Positions 43,845 to 54,180 of a stretch of DNA of 64,000 bases are shown here, piece after piece. Every line of letters begins with the position of its first letter. Positions within the stretch are counted from its first letter, which is position 1. The DNA is from Myxococcota bacterium. Lineage in GTDB: Bacteria > Myxococcota_A > SURF-8. A program made the translations under genes and the position numbers. The notes below the pieces were generated by a model. The model made no database searches and was not told where the DNA came from. It saw only the letters and a list, made by a program, of their open reading frames with translations. The stretch spans positions 4,576,001 through 4,640,000 of the forward strand of contig OZ223209.1 in assembly GCA_965140415.1 (NCBI GenBank). Reading direction: 5' to 3'.

Positions 43845-45503
43845 TTAGAACTGATACCGGATTCTTAAATTGAGTTCGTCCCGGTCGCGGAACAGACCCA
43901 AAGCCTTGTACGGATCTTCGCCGAAGAAATCCGTAACCTGGAAACGCAACCGCCAATGACGGCCCAGGCGCAGATCCACACTTCCTGCAATGAATCCGCT
44001 ACGCGGATGGATATAAGCCGCAACCACTTTAGGCGTCAGCATACCGTGCAGGTAAGTGGTGCCCATGACGAAGACACCGGTAAAGGAATGTTTTTTTAGT
44101 TTGTAGTCGTTGAAGCCCGGAATGGCAACGACATCCTGCTTGTCCTTTTCCGACAGATTCGGAATGATGGAATGCTGCCATTGCAACACGAACAGGGTGT
44201 TCTGCGTCGGGTTCAACCAGCGAATCATGGTCGGTCGCATGATTTGAACGGCGTAGTTGATGGTGCAGTACTTCGGCTGATCGAAATACTGTCGCTTGTT
44301 GCCGCCCATGTATTCGGGGTCGTAATACTTCTCGTTGGTTTTGGATTGCCGCGGATAGGTGCGATCCGGTTCCACCGAAGCTTCCAGTTTGGCCACCATG
44401 CCGATCGGGCTTTCAAATGCGTAGTCGATACTACCGCCGATGATATGCTGCCTTGGGAAGCCAAGATACAAGGTCTCCAGGAACTGGTTTCCGTCCATAT
44501 CCGTTTTGGGGAAGCCGTCTTCTTTGAGTACCAGATCGAAATACAACGGAATCGGCGGCGAAATCATGTGCGTGTAGTAATACAACAGCGAGTAGGAGGA
44601 CTGCGCGTTGATGTTGCCTTTCCAGCGAATACCGATGCGCTGATCCTCGATCGCATTGCCGGGATACAGGAATTTCTTTTTAGAGATCACGAACGGCGAA
44701 GGCGTATTGCTCAGCGGCAATCCCCAGGCGCCGACCATGGTCAAGGGCACCGTTACCGTATCTTCATCGCGGTCGATGCCAGGTACCCAGACCAATTCCA
44801 GTGAATGATCGATATCCTTGAATTCGATCATGGCTTTGGCCATCCACAACGGAATACGTGTATCCTCGAAAGATTCCAGCGGTCCGAAGTGCCAACTCGA
44901 ATTTTCCGGGTTGATGACATCGAGCAGGCGGTAGGAGTTGATGTCACCCCAGACGACCTGTTGACGTCCCAAGCGGAAGGAAAGCCAGTTGGTGGCTTCG
45001 ATATCCACGTAGAATTCGCGCAGGTCCACCTCATTATAGAAGTTGCTCTGCACGTAGTTCATGGCGTATTCGCGCTTGTCCACGCCATCGGGATATTCCG
45101 GCGGCTGGGCATAACGATCCAGATCCAGTTTGAGCGAACCGACGGCACGCACCACGGCATGCACCAGAATTCGTTCTTCCGGGCGCCATTCGGCCATCAG
45201 TTGCAAGGTGCCTCTCATCATCGAGGGCTTACCCGATTTACCACCATGATCCTGGGTATAACAGGATGTCGGGTAGTTCACCGGATCACACTGCTTGCTG
45301 GTGTCATACTCGTCTTTGACGTTGGATTTGCCGTAGGCGATATTGTCGTAGTCTTCAAATCCGTTAGACGCCAGCGGAACGAAAATACCCGCCTGCATCT
45401 GGATGTAGCCGTCAAACGAAAACTCTTTTTCTTGTGCCTGACCGATAGACGGCAAAAACAGCAGGATAAGCAGACCCACTATCACAGCATGAAGTTTTTT
45501 CAC
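43845..45503 (-). CDS. DUF1302-like outer-membrane beta-barrel
   Basis: Signal peptide; LREFYVD, RLGRQQVVWG, LLDVINP, FRDRDELNLRIRYQF with terminal Phe. Confidence 0.8.
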   Translation of the reverse strand: MKKLHAVIVGLLILLFLPSIGQAQEKEFSFDGYIQMQAGIFVPLASNGFEDYDNIAYGKSNVKDEYDTSKQCDPVNYPTSCYTQDHGGKSGKPSMMRGTLQLMAEWRPEERILVHAVVRAVGSLKLDLDRYAQPPEYPDGVDKREYAMNYVQSNFYNEVDLREFYVDIEATNWLSFRLGRQQVVWGDINSYRLLDVINPENSSWHFGPLESFEDTRIPLWMAKAMIEFKDIDHSLELVWVPGIDRDEDTVTVPLTMVGAWGLPLSNTPSPFVISKKKFLYPGNAIEDQRIGIRWKGNINAQSSYSLLYYYTHMISPPIPLYFDLVLKEDGFPKTDMDGNQFLETLYLGFPRQHIIGGSIDYAFESPIGMVAKLEASVEPDRTYPRQSKTNEKYYDPEYMGGNKRQYFDQPKYCTINYAVQIMRPTMIRWLNPTQNTLFVLQWQHSIIPNLSEKDKQDVVAIPGFNDYKLKKHSFTGVFVMGTTYLHGMLTPKVVAAYIHPRSGFIAGSVDLRLGRHWRLRFQVTDFFGEDPYKALGLFRDRDELNLRIRYQF

Positions 45504-45528
45504 GCCATCCTCCTAACACGAAGTAGGG

Positions 45529-45563
45529 AAAAAATGGCGGGGGCGGTGTTATTTCCGCCCCCG
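45529..45563 (-). terminator. Intra-operon terminator-like hairpin
   Basis: CGGGGGCGG/CCGCCCCCG 9-bp stem with minus-strand U6, between the lipoprotein and barrel genes. Confidence 0.7.
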
Positions 45564-45578
45564 AAACCAGAATGCCTT

Positions 45579-46457
45579 TTACTCACAGGTATCAGGCATC
45601 GGATTCTTCGTGGTGTCGAAGGAAGCATCCCATTCGCAGTCGATGGGGCTGTAGGTGTTGTCAAAGGCGTAGATGTTACTGATCGCGATGGAGTCCGGGA
45701 AAATGTGTAGCTGGGTGCAACCGATTTTCTTGTCGTCGAAGAAGCCCTGGACTTCTTTGGTGCCGGTAGCGACGTTGCCGATGAGGAAGAAGCCGTTGAG
45801 CGGGTTGACGCTGGTGCGACCTTCCAGGTTGATGGGCAGGGTGCTGTCGTTGAAGTAACGCACGTCGCCACTGCCATCGCCCATCGCGGCGGTACCGCAG
45901 CCGACGAATTCTTCTTCGTCCTGATCGTTGACCCAGTACAAACCACCGGCGATGATACCTTTGTTGGTATCCACCTGAATTCCAGCCAGCGCCGGAGCGA
46001 AGTTGTAGGTGCTTTCAGCGACCGACCACAGTTTCTCGTCGTCCGCCTGAGCGGTAATGTTGAACTGATAGGTGTCCACCGTTTCGCCGTCTTTTTTGGC
46101 GACCAGGAAACCGACGTAGTCGTCTTTGAGTCCGGTGAACTCGACATAGCCTTCGCTGTCGGTCGTTTCGGGATCGATATCCGTGAACGCCAGACCATTG
46201 GTGTTGTTCAGCACGTACACGACCAGACCCGCCGTTTTGACGTCGCTTTCGAAATCGACGACGTAGCCGCGGAAGTTGTTGCTGCCGCCGCCGCCCAGGT
46301 TTTCATCCGAGTCGCCATCGATCGTGCCGTCGCCATCGGCGGTGTCGCCATCTGCGGTGTCGCCATCGATCGTGGTGTTGTCGTCATCGTCATCGCAACC
46401 CTGGAATACGAATACCAGTGAAAGCAAAGCCAGCAAAAGCAGTAGTTTTTTCGTCAT
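45579..46457 (-). CDS. Lipoprotein with DGD linker and carboxypeptidase-regulatory-like beta-sandwich
   Basis: Lipobox FQGC; DGDTADGDTADGDG; GYVVDF...TTDSEGYVEFTGL. Confidence 0.8.
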   Translation of the reverse strand: MTKKLLLLLALLSLVFVFQGCDDDDDNTTIDGDTADGDTADGDGTIDGDSDENLGGGGSNNFRGYVVDFESDVKTAGLVVYVLNNTNGLAFTDIDPETTDSEGYVEFTGLKDDYVGFLVAKKDGETVDTYQFNITAQADDEKLWSVAESTYNFAPALAGIQVDTNKGIIAGGLYWVNDQDEEEFVGCGTAAMGDGSGDVRYFNDSTLPINLEGRTSVNPLNGFFLIGNVATGTKEVQGFFDDKKIGCTQLHIFPDSIAISNIYAFDNTYSPIDCEWDASFDTTKNPMPDTCE

Positions 46458-46621
46458 GTTCCATTCTCCTTAGATTGTAGTAATGCCCATTATTCGGAAT
46501 AGCCTGGTTGGGTGCTATTCTACCTGTAGTTGCTGCATCATAAACGACACGAGCCGAAGAAATATATCGGCCTGTCCCAGTACGACTATGAATACTCGAT
46601 TAGTTTTATAATCTTACCGAA

Positions 46622-46650
46622 CTTATATCATGAGTAGACAAGGGCGTCAA
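46622..46650 (-). promoter_or_regulatory. Candidate sigma70 promoter for the lipoprotein-DUF1302 operon
   Basis: TTGACG-17 nt-TATAAG on the minus strand. Confidence 0.45.
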
Positions 46651-47059
46651 GGATCGTCGCACTTATCGTGTACGAGTTTTTATAATGCATTGCGTGATCG
46701 ATTTTAATGCAATGCGTCGAGATTTTGCCGTCACAGCGGTCATTTCTGTCTGTCGCTGACAAAAAAGATCTTCGGTGCATTGCTCCGCTGGATGCGAAGA
46801 AACGCAGAGCAGAAAGCCGATAATTTGAGCGTTATTGCGGAAAAGATAACTTTTTCATAGAAATAAGCTGCAAGTTGCACTATGATAAAATACCCTCGAA
46901 AGTTGTATATGAGGGGAGGGACATGGAATCTCGCGTATTGCAGTGCATTGAATTCGGACATCGAAGCTGGCGATAGGTGAATTCCGCTGAATGCTGTAGC
47001 AACCGGTATGATTTACTGAACAGCACAGGCCGAAAATCAACAAGAGAGGAATCGAAACG

Positions 47060-47521
47060 ATGAACACTGAAATCGTAAAGCCCTTTATCAAGGCCACAAT
47101 CGATTGCTTTGACATGATGATGGACGTGACGCCGGAACAACGTTCGGTCGCACTTCAGCCACCTCCCGTACAACAAAACGATATCTGCGCGTTGATCGGC
47201 TTTTCCGGTGATTCACAAGGCATCTGCTCCTTGACCTTCGATACGAAGGTTGCGGTACAACTGGTAAGCCGATTCTTGGGTGAGGAAGTCACCGAAGTCG
47301 ATGAAGGCGTGTACGATGCCGTCGGGGAGATGATCAACATCATCGCCGGTAACGCAAAAGCGGAAATGAGTTCCTCGAAAGTCATGATTTCGCTGCCTTC
47401 GGTCATGCACGGAGAAAAATATTCCATGTCGATGCCGAAAGATGTTCCGATCATTCAGGTTGAATTCGACCTACCGGAGATCGGAGAAATGCGCATCATG
47501 ATCGGACTGAAAGAAGCGTAA
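47060..47521 (+). CDS. cheX: CheX-family CheY-P phosphatase
   Basis: IVKPFI, ALIGFSGD, DAVGEMINIIAGNAK (ExxN), ISLPSV. Confidence 0.9.
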   Translation: MNTEIVKPFIKATIDCFDMMMDVTPEQRSVALQPPPVQQNDICALIGFSGDSQGICSLTFDTKVAVQLVSRFLGEEVTEVDEGVYDAVGEMINIIAGNAKAEMSSSKVMISLPSVMHGEKYSMSMPKDVPIIQVEFDLPEIGEMRIMIGLKEA

Positions 47522-47620
47522 ACCACGAAGCACCGGGTCATCGGTCGAGATTGAATGCCAGTTCGGCAAGACGTTCAGCACCGAACGATTGGAACCCTAT
47601 CGAGACAGAGGAGAAAAATC

Positions 47621-47989
47621 ATGAAGGTTCTGGTTGTAGACGATTCCAGCACGATGAGAAAAATCGTAAGTAAAACGGTCAAGCAGGCAGGCGCAACGGA
47701 AATCGTGGAAGCGGAAGACGGAATCGATGCGCTGAAGAAGATGAAAGAACACGAATTCAAATTCGATCTGGTCATGATGGACATCAACATGCCGCGCGCC
47801 GATGGCGTCACCACCTTGAAACAGCTTAAATCGCTTGAAATGACCAAGGGTATTCCGGTAATCATGTGCACCTCAGAAGCCGAGAAAGAACTGGTTCTGG
47901 AATGCATCAAGGCTGGCGCTTCGGATTATATCGTCAAGCCGTTCACCAAAGATCTGATTACGGAAAAATTCAAGAAGCTAATCGGCTAA
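47621..47989 (+). CDS. Single-domain CheY-like response regulator
   Basis: VLVVDDSSTMRKI, MDINMP, MCTSE, YIVKPF; GAGGAG RBS. Confidence 0.92.
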   Translation: MKVLVVDDSSTMRKIVSKTVKQAGATEIVEAEDGIDALKKMKEHEFKFDLVMMDINMPRADGVTTLKQLKSLEMTKGIPVIMCTSEAEKELVLECIKAGASDYIVKPFTKDLITEKFKKLIG

Positions 47990-48028
47990 CCTCCAGATCA
48001 TCGGATCCTATAGTTGCTTTGGATTGGT

Positions 48029-51000
48029 ATGAAAATCTGGCGCGCCATCCCATTCGGGGCCTGCATTATGCTGCTGGTGTTGTGGGGAACACTTGCATTG
48101 GCCCGTCCACCTGCAAGCCGAGAAATCGCGCTGGCGCTTGAAAAGACAAGTCCCGAATCTTCCGGAGAATGGGAACGAACCGGCGTTGACTCCCTAAAAA
48201 CGCTGATCGAACTGATGGACGCCCGAGACAAGCTGTCCATTCTCTCATTCGACCGACAAGTCAACGTGTTGCAGCCGCGACGCCAGATGGAAGCTGCTGC
48301 AAAAAAAGCATCTATCAAACTGCTTTCGACTCTCTCCGACTCCCAACCCGGCTGCGATCTCGAACGGCTGCTCAACCGGGCCTTGTTCCAGTTTTCCGGT
48401 AAAGAAGGGATGGAACGCTCCTTATTATTGGTCACAACGGGACGCATCGATCTGGATGGAGACCCGGAACAACTCAGTGTGGAAGAAGAGAATTCGCGCA
48501 AGCGCATCCTTTCGGAAGTGCTTCAACGTTTTAAAAAACGCGGTATTCGGTTGTTCGCAATCGCAAAGAGTGATACGGCGGATGCTGAACTGCTGCGCAC
48601 ATTCTGCCTGAATAGCAACGGCTTGTACTTCCCTGCCCAAAGCAAGCAGGAAATCGCCAAAGCCGCTTTTCGGATCTTCACGCGCATACAGGAGTTACAG
48701 TTTGCACCGGTCGAAAACGGACGTTTCGTGCTGGACAAGTCGGTTAAAAACGCCACCGTCGTCATTGCAGGCAGCGAGCAGCGACCAAAACTGCGCGCAT
48801 CCCGATTTAAAGGATCGCATCGCAAAAAGCGGAATACGAAAGCACGCTGGTCTGGTAATTCGGCTTTTACCCTGGCCTCTATTTCCTCCCCTGCTCCGGT
48901 AGCATGGCATGTGGATGGAGCCTCCCCGGATTCGGTGTACGTCATCCTGAACAGCGATGTGAACCTGGATGTCCCCTTCTCGCGCAGCGTCTACTTGCAA
49001 AACGAACCGATTCCGCTCTTGGCGCGGTTGGATTTCATGGGCAAGCCCTCCGATTCTTCGATTCGCCCCACCCTTTCCGCCGAATTGCATAACTGGCAGG
49101 GGAAACGGTTACGCAGCGCAACACTGACGGACAGCGGCAGCACGACCGGCGCCTGCGACTCCGACGCCGCCGATCGCTGGGCCGGAAATTATGCGGCTGC
49201 ACTACTGGCGGATTCGACCCCTTTGAAGGAAGGGCTATACCAGATTCGGGTGTTGGCCAAGGGAGACGCCTTCGGGCGTGAGCGTCATTTCAGCATTCAA
49301 GTCGTGGCTGGTAGCTGGGTCCAGATTTCCCCCCAGAAAGCCAACGAGGACAAATTGCAGTGGGATTTGCAGATCACCAACGACTTGCTGGATGGACCGC
49401 TTAATGCCGAAGGTCGCGTGACCCAACCGAATCTCAATCCGGAGAAACCGGTGCAGATCAGCATTACAAGCCCTTCAGGCAAAGTTATACCTGCGGAACT
49501 GACCGCACTTGGCGACGGGCGCTATCGGGCGAGTTTGAGCCAGCCTTCCGAAGCAGGAGAATACCAGCTTTCCATTAAAGGCAATTTGGGAATCGATGCC
49601 CTGGTCTGCTTGAATCTCGCCTCTACACAAACGATCACGATTTCCAAGAATGACCTGGCGGGTTTGAAGAAAGAGGAAACCGAAGAACGCTCCTTCCCAG
49701 TGGCGGAAGCGGTATTGTTTGTCGTTCTGCTTGGCATGCTTGGAACGATGGTGGTGATGTGGCGTCGCATGCAGAAAGCAACCGAAAAAACCGGAATCAT
49801 CGAAGTCGCTTACGAATACGATTCCTCAGAAGATGCCTTCGATATGGACATCCCCAGCCTGGATGAAGACGAATTGATGGATGAAGCATCGGAAGGAATC
49901 GCTTTCATCGAAGACCGCGCCAAAGCCAGTGCGGAAGCATTGAGAGGCAAACCGCTTACGGTTTCGGATGCGTTCCCACTTGCGGATGATGACGAAATCG
50001 TAGACGGACCGGCAGCCAAAGAACCGGAACTTCCCGAAGCTCCGGATGGCATTCTGAATATGAGCTGGGGATTCGAAGAACTCAGCCTGCAAGATGCACC
50101 TACCGTGGACGCCCTGGCGGATCAGGCTTCCGGTCAACCCTCGATGAAAGAGTTGGAAGCCAGCCTCAGTATGGCTGAAGATGCGTTGAATCAACCGGAA
50201 GTGGAACAAGAAGAACCCGAACCGGAGGATCAAGAAGCCGCAGAGATGGAAGCCGAATCGGAAGAAGAAGCCGATGCGGAAGCCGAATCCACTGTCGAAG
50301 AAGAAGAAGAACGCTATAGCTTTAAACGTGCGCGCCGTGAAAAAGAGTCCGGCGAGATGGATCTGGATGAAATCGATTCCATCCTGAATCAAATGGAATC
50401 CTTTGCCGGTATCGAACCGGAAGAGGTCGAGGAACAGGCTGTAGAGGCAGAGGAGGAAAGCACGTTCAGCGGCTTGCAACGTGGTCTTGACATAGACGAC
50501 ATGGAACGACCTCCGGTGGATGCAGCGGACATTCCCGATTTCGAAGCAGAAGCGGAAACAGAAGCCGCAGAAGAAGAAATCGAGCAGGAAGAAAAACCCG
50601 TCTCTGCACAGGATGAACTTGAAGCGTTGATGGCTGACTTGCAGAAGGGCAACGTTGCCGCTTCCGAATCGCAGCCGGAAGAAGCTGTCGAAGAAACTGT
50701 CGAAGAAGAAGAAGACACAGAAGAACCTGTGCCCGCCATTTCTGAGCCCCAGGAAAGCCCCCAGGAAAAAGCAAGCGCCCAGAATGAACTGGATGATTTG
50801 ATGGCGGAGCTTTCCCAGATGAATGTGAAAAAAGAAGAAGCGCCCGCCACACCAGCGCAACCGGAAGAAGAAGCGATTTCGGAACCGGAAGAAGAAGAAC
50901 CGGAATTGTCGGATGATGAAAAAGCAGCCATTGAAGAAATGGCTACGGAAGCGGAAAACATCAAGCAGCAGATCGAACAAAACGTAGAAGAAATCACCGA

Positions 51001-51358
51001 GATGGTCGCTGCGATCAATGAAGCGGGAATCGAATCCTACAACGAACAAGTAAAAGAAAGACTGTCGGAGGCTCGTTCGATATCCACCTCGGCAGTTGTG
51101 GCGGTTGAGCAGGTGCGCCTGTCCGGCTCCGAAGATGAAGCCACCTGGATGATGGGTGAAGTGGAACAGGCGCTGCAAAAGGTCTCCCGCCTACTGGAAG
51201 ATGTGGAGCATATCCGAGCCGAAGCCGTCAAGGAACAGGATAAGCAGGCGATGGAGCAACTGATCAGCGACATGGAGGAATCCACGAAGGGTCAGGGCAA
51301 GATCATCAAACCGGGCAAGAAGAAGAAGGATTTCGGCTCGGTTGTGGAAAAGAAATAG
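48029..51358 (+). CDS. Single-pass membrane protein: extracytoplasmic VWA-like and beta domains, long acidic cytoplasmic tail
   Basis: Signal peptide; DKLSILSFD, LLLVTTGRIDL, GIRLFAIA, LRTFCLNSNGLYF (VWA-like, MIDAS degenerate); TM VLFVVLLGMLGTMVVMW; Glu-rich tail. Confidence 0.7.
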   Translation: MKIWRAIPFGACIMLLVLWGTLALARPPASREIALALEKTSPESSGEWERTGVDSLKTLIELMDARDKLSILSFDRQVNVLQPRRQMEAAAKKASIKLLSTLSDSQPGCDLERLLNRALFQFSGKEGMERSLLLVTTGRIDLDGDPEQLSVEEENSRKRILSEVLQRFKKRGIRLFAIAKSDTADAELLRTFCLNSNGLYFPAQSKQEIAKAAFRIFTRIQELQFAPVENGRFVLDKSVKNATVVIAGSEQRPKLRASRFKGSHRKKRNTKARWSGNSAFTLASISSPAPVAWHVDGASPDSVYVILNSDVNLDVPFSRSVYLQNEPIPLLARLDFMGKPSDSSIRPTLSAELHNWQGKRLRSATLTDSGSTTGACDSDAADRWAGNYAAALLADSTPLKEGLYQIRVLAKGDAFGRERHFSIQVVAGSWVQISPQKANEDKLQWDLQITNDLLDGPLNAEGRVTQPNLNPEKPVQISITSPSGKVIPAELTALGDGRYRASLSQPSEAGEYQLSIKGNLGIDALVCLNLASTQTITISKNDLAGLKKEETEERSFPVAEAVLFVVLLGMLGTMVVMWRRMQKATEKTGIIEVAYEYDSSEDAFDMDIPSLDEDELMDEASEGIAFIEDRAKASAEALRGKPLTVSDAFPLADDDEIVDGPAAKEPELPEAPDGILNMSWGFEELSLQDAPTVDALADQASGQPSMKELEASLSMAEDALNQPEVEQEEPEPEDQEAAEMEAESEEEADAEAESTVEEEEERYSFKRARREKESGEMDLDEIDSILNQMESFAGIEPEEVEEQAVEAEEESTFSGLQRGLDIDDMERPPVDAADIPDFEAEAETEAAEEEIEQEEKPVSAQDELEALMADLQKGNVAASESQPEEAVEETVEEEEDTEEPVPAISEPQESPQEKASAQNELDDLMAELSQMNVKKEEAPATPAQPEEEAISEPEEEEPELSDDEKAAIEEMATEAENIKQQIEQNVEEITEMVAAINEAGIESYNEQVKERLSEARSISTSAVVAVEQVRLSGSEDEATWMMGEVEQALQKVSRLLEDVEHIRAEAVKEQDKQAMEQLISDMEESTKGQGKIIKPGKKKKDFGSVVEKK

Positions 51359-51394
51359 CCACGGTCACTTCTACAAAGTACAGGACGTCCTCTC

Positions 51395-53131
51395 CTACTC
51401 GATTCCATATTTCTTCATTTTACGATACAGCGTGACACGATTCATCCCGAGATACGCCGCCGCCTGACTGCGGTTCTGCTGGTTCAGGCGCAAGGCTTCC
51501 CGGATCAGATGCTCTTCTCCCGATTCGGTTTCATCCTGTGAAATATAGCGTTTCTGAGAAACCGTGCGTTGCAGGGGCAGGTCTTCCGGGCGGATTTTAC
51601 GACCCGGCGCCAAGGCGACGGCATATTCCAGCGCATTGATCAACTCGCGCACATTACCCGGCCAGGAATAGGAACTCATCTGACGGATTGCCGCCGGAGT
51701 CAATGACAGTCCGGGCCGATTCCGCTCCGCCGAAATCTGTTTCAACAAATGCACCGCAAGCAGGGCGACATCTTCCGCCCTTTCCCGTAAAGCAGGCATG
51801 GGGATTGGAATGACGTTGATGCGGTAGTACAGATCCTCGCGAAAGCGTCCCGCCTGCACTTCGGCTGGCAGGTTGCGATTCGTGGCGGCCAGCACGCGCA
51901 CGTCCGCCCGGCGCACTTCGTTTTCACCTAGGCGTTGATAGTCGCGTTCCTGTAAAAAGCGCAGCAGCTTGGATTGCAGCGTGATGGGCATTTCCCCGAT
52001 TTCATCCAGAAACAAGGTGCCACCCTGCGCGGCCTCGATGCGCCCTGCACGAGCTTCCTGCGCACCGGTGAAAGCCCCCTTGGCGTGTCCGAACAATTCA
52101 CTTTCCAATAGCGTTTCAGGCAAAGCGGCACAGTTGATGGCCTGAAAGGGAGCCAGGCGACGCTTGGAAAGCTGATGAATGGCGCGGGCGACGCGCTCCT
52201 TGCCGGTTCCCGATTCGCCGGTAAGCAGTACCGTGACATCGCTGACCGCCACCTGTTCGATGATCTGAAAGACGCGCCGCATCGGTTTGGAAGCGCCGAT
52301 AATTCCCATGAAGCCGGAGCGGTCACCCGGATCGGACAAAGCCTGCGCCTGGCTGCGATCCTCCAATATCAACAATGAACCGATGGCCACGCCCTGCTCG
52401 TCACGCAGCGGAGCGGCTATTTCGACGACGGGCAGCGCCTTACCCTGCGCCTGGGTGATAGCCGTGGCTCGCTCGGCCTCGTCCTCGCCCTGCTCCAGGC
52501 AATGCTGGGCGGGACAGTCCGTTTTGCAAAGGCTCGACCCGATGATGTCGTGACAGTAGCGCCCGATGGCTTCCTCGGCCCGGTAGCCGCTCATCTGCTC
52601 GGCTTTGGGCGAGAAACTGGTGATGCGCCAGTCCTGATCGATGGTCACCACGCCTTCGCGTACGCTGCGCAGAATCGCCGCCTGCAAGCGCTCCCGCTCC
52701 TCGATCTTGCTGCGCTGCAAGGTACACTGGGAGATCTGCTGGTTCAAGGCGGTTTCATCGCGCAACAGTTCCACACCCCCCAGAATCTCGCCGGATGCAT
52801 CGCGCAGAACGAAAGCGCTTTTTCGTACGTTCAACTCGCGACCATCCTTTGCGGTAAGCGTAATCGGCGTGTTTTCGATGCGCCCGCGTTGGAACAGCGT
52901 GCAGGATCGCAGGCAGCCTTCGCAGCGGATACCCGCCAGGCAATGCTGGCCAAGCACCTCCCGCTCCGAATAGCCGGTAAGCGCTTCGGCCCGCTGGTTC
53001 CAATATACAATGTTATGCTCGGCATCCACCACGAACAGGGCGTCGCCGATCGAATCGAGGAAGCGGCGCAGCAGTTCCGGATTGGAGGACAATTGGCGGA
53101 TCAGATCCAGCGATGGAAGTAGAGAGGACAC
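51395..53131 (-). CDS. Sigma54-dependent enhancer-binding protein with two PAS domains
   Basis: [44 protein letters not shown], Fis-type HTH; GTG start with AGGAG RBS. Confidence 0.95.
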   Translation of the reverse strand: MSSLLPSLDLIRQLSSNPELLRRFLDSIGDALFVVDAEHNIVYWNQRAEALTGYSEREVLGQHCLAGIRCEGCLRSCTLFQRGRIENTPITLTAKDGRELNVRKSAFVLRDASGEILGGVELLRDETALNQQISQCTLQRSKIEERERLQAAILRSVREGVVTIDQDWRITSFSPKAEQMSGYRAEEAIGRYCHDIIGSSLCKTDCPAQHCLEQGEDEAERATAITQAQGKALPVVEIAAPLRDEQGVAIGSLLILEDRSQAQALSDPGDRSGFMGIIGASKPMRRVFQIIEQVAVSDVTVLLTGESGTGKERVARAIHQLSKRRLAPFQAINCAALPETLLESELFGHAKGAFTGAQEARAGRIEAAQGGTLFLDEIGEMPITLQSKLLRFLQERDYQRLGENEVRRADVRVLAATNRNLPAEVQAGRFREDLYYRINVIPIPMPALRERAEDVALLAVHLLKQISAERNRPGLSLTPAAIRQMSSYSWPGNVRELINALEYAVALAPGRKIRPEDLPLQRTVSQKRYISQDETESGEEHLIREALRLNQQNRSQAAAYLGMNRVTLYRKMKKYGIE

Positions 53132-53156
53132 GGCGTTTTCTCCTGCTGTCCAAGAC

Positions 53157-53220
53157 GTTGCATTATATGTTGCATTGTTGCAATACTGTATACAATGCAA
53201 CATGTATCACGCTGTTGCAA
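53157..53220. promoter_or_regulatory. Candidate upstream activator sequences
   Basis: TGTTGCATTG (53168-53177) and CAATGCAACA (53193-53202) form a perfect inverted pair; extra TGTTGCA copies at 53176 and 53213. Confidence 0.6.
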
Positions 53221-53265
53221 CTGTGTCAACAAAGAAAACATAAGTAATATCAGCTATCAATAAAT

Positions 53266-53281
53266 TGGCACGCAGCTTGCT
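53266..53281 (+). promoter_or_regulatory. Sigma54 -24/-12 promoter
   Basis: TGGCACGCAGCTTGCT (GG-N10-GC) 26 nt before ATG 53308. Confidence 0.85.
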
Positions 53282-53307
53282 TTGTTACACATGCGAGAGG
53301 TGAAACG

Positions 53308-53757
53308 ATGAAAGAAATGCTAGCCAACCGATATTTGCTGAATGGAGAGCCGCACAAGGCGGCGCGCCTGTATGGCGAGGCGCTGCAACGGCAACCGGGA
53401 CGCACCTCGCTTCGCTGTCGCCTGATTCTGGCGTATCTCTGGGACAGCAAAGAGCGGCAGGCGGTGCAGGAAATGCTTATCTTACTGAAACGACAGGGAA
53501 AAGACGCCTTGCAACTGTTGCAGAACGGCTGTGAAGGGTATTTGCCCTTGCAGCAAAAACCGGCGGGCGGCGAACTGACAACCTCTCTCTGGCGGCTGAT
53601 GCGCGGCGAAACGAAATTGGCGCTGGATCGGCTGCAACTCGTAAAGGAAAACGACATCCCTGAAATGACGGAATTACTTAAATTTCTGGACATGATGCCG
53701 AAACGACAGACGCCGTCTTTATTTGACGATGCGGCGGGCGAAACGGCACGAAACTAA
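53308..53757 (+). CDS. Hypothetical helical (TPR-like) protein
   Basis: GAGGTG RBS; LANRYLLNGEPHKAARLYGEALQRQP TPR-like pattern. Confidence 0.65.
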   Translation: MKEMLANRYLLNGEPHKAARLYGEALQRQPGRTSLRCRLILAYLWDSKERQAVQEMLILLKRQGKDALQLLQNGCEGYLPLQQKPAGGELTTSLWRLMRGETKLALDRLQLVKENDIPEMTELLKFLDMMPKRQTPSLFDDAAGETARN

Positions 53758-53769
53758 AGGAGCAAACAC

Positions 53770-54162
53770 ATGGGACTGATGAAATGGTTGGGATTGGATG
53801 GCGGCTGCAAAAAAGAGCCGGTGGAACTGACGGACAAGAACTTCAACGAGCAGGTGCGGAAATCGGATGTTCCGGTGCTGATTGACGTTTGGTCACCGGG
53901 TTGTGCGCCATGCCAGGCACTGGCACCGACCATCATGCGGCTGGCCTGCAAATACGACGGCCAGGTCAAAGTCTGCCACTTGAACACGCAAAGCGCTCCC
54001 AAAACTACCGGCAAACTGGGAGTACGCGGCACGCCGACGGTGTTGTTCATGAAGAATGGCAGTGTTGTGGAGCGCGTGGTCGGTACGCGCGGGCAGCACT
54101 TCTACGAAGAGATCATCGAAGAAGACTTATTGGATGCACCGGCTGAAGCAGCCGCGAATTGA
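53770..54162 (+). CDS. Thioredoxin-family protein
   Basis: LTDKNFNEQV, PVLIDVWSPGCAPC, GVRGTPT. Confidence 0.9.
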   Translation: MGLMKWLGLDGGCKKEPVELTDKNFNEQVRKSDVPVLIDVWSPGCAPCQALAPTIMRLACKYDGQVKVCHLNTQSAPKTTGKLGVRGTPTVLFMKNGSVVERVVGTRGQHFYEEIIEEDLLDAPAEAAAN

Positions 54163-54180
54163 TGAAAGTGGAGCATTCTC

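Noticed and set aside
42516-43868. Long antisense ORFs (also 24742-25722, 44805-45710, 49826-51178, 59087-60229)
   Set aside because: They lie opposite well-supported genes, lack motifs, and are expected from GC-rich codon bias.
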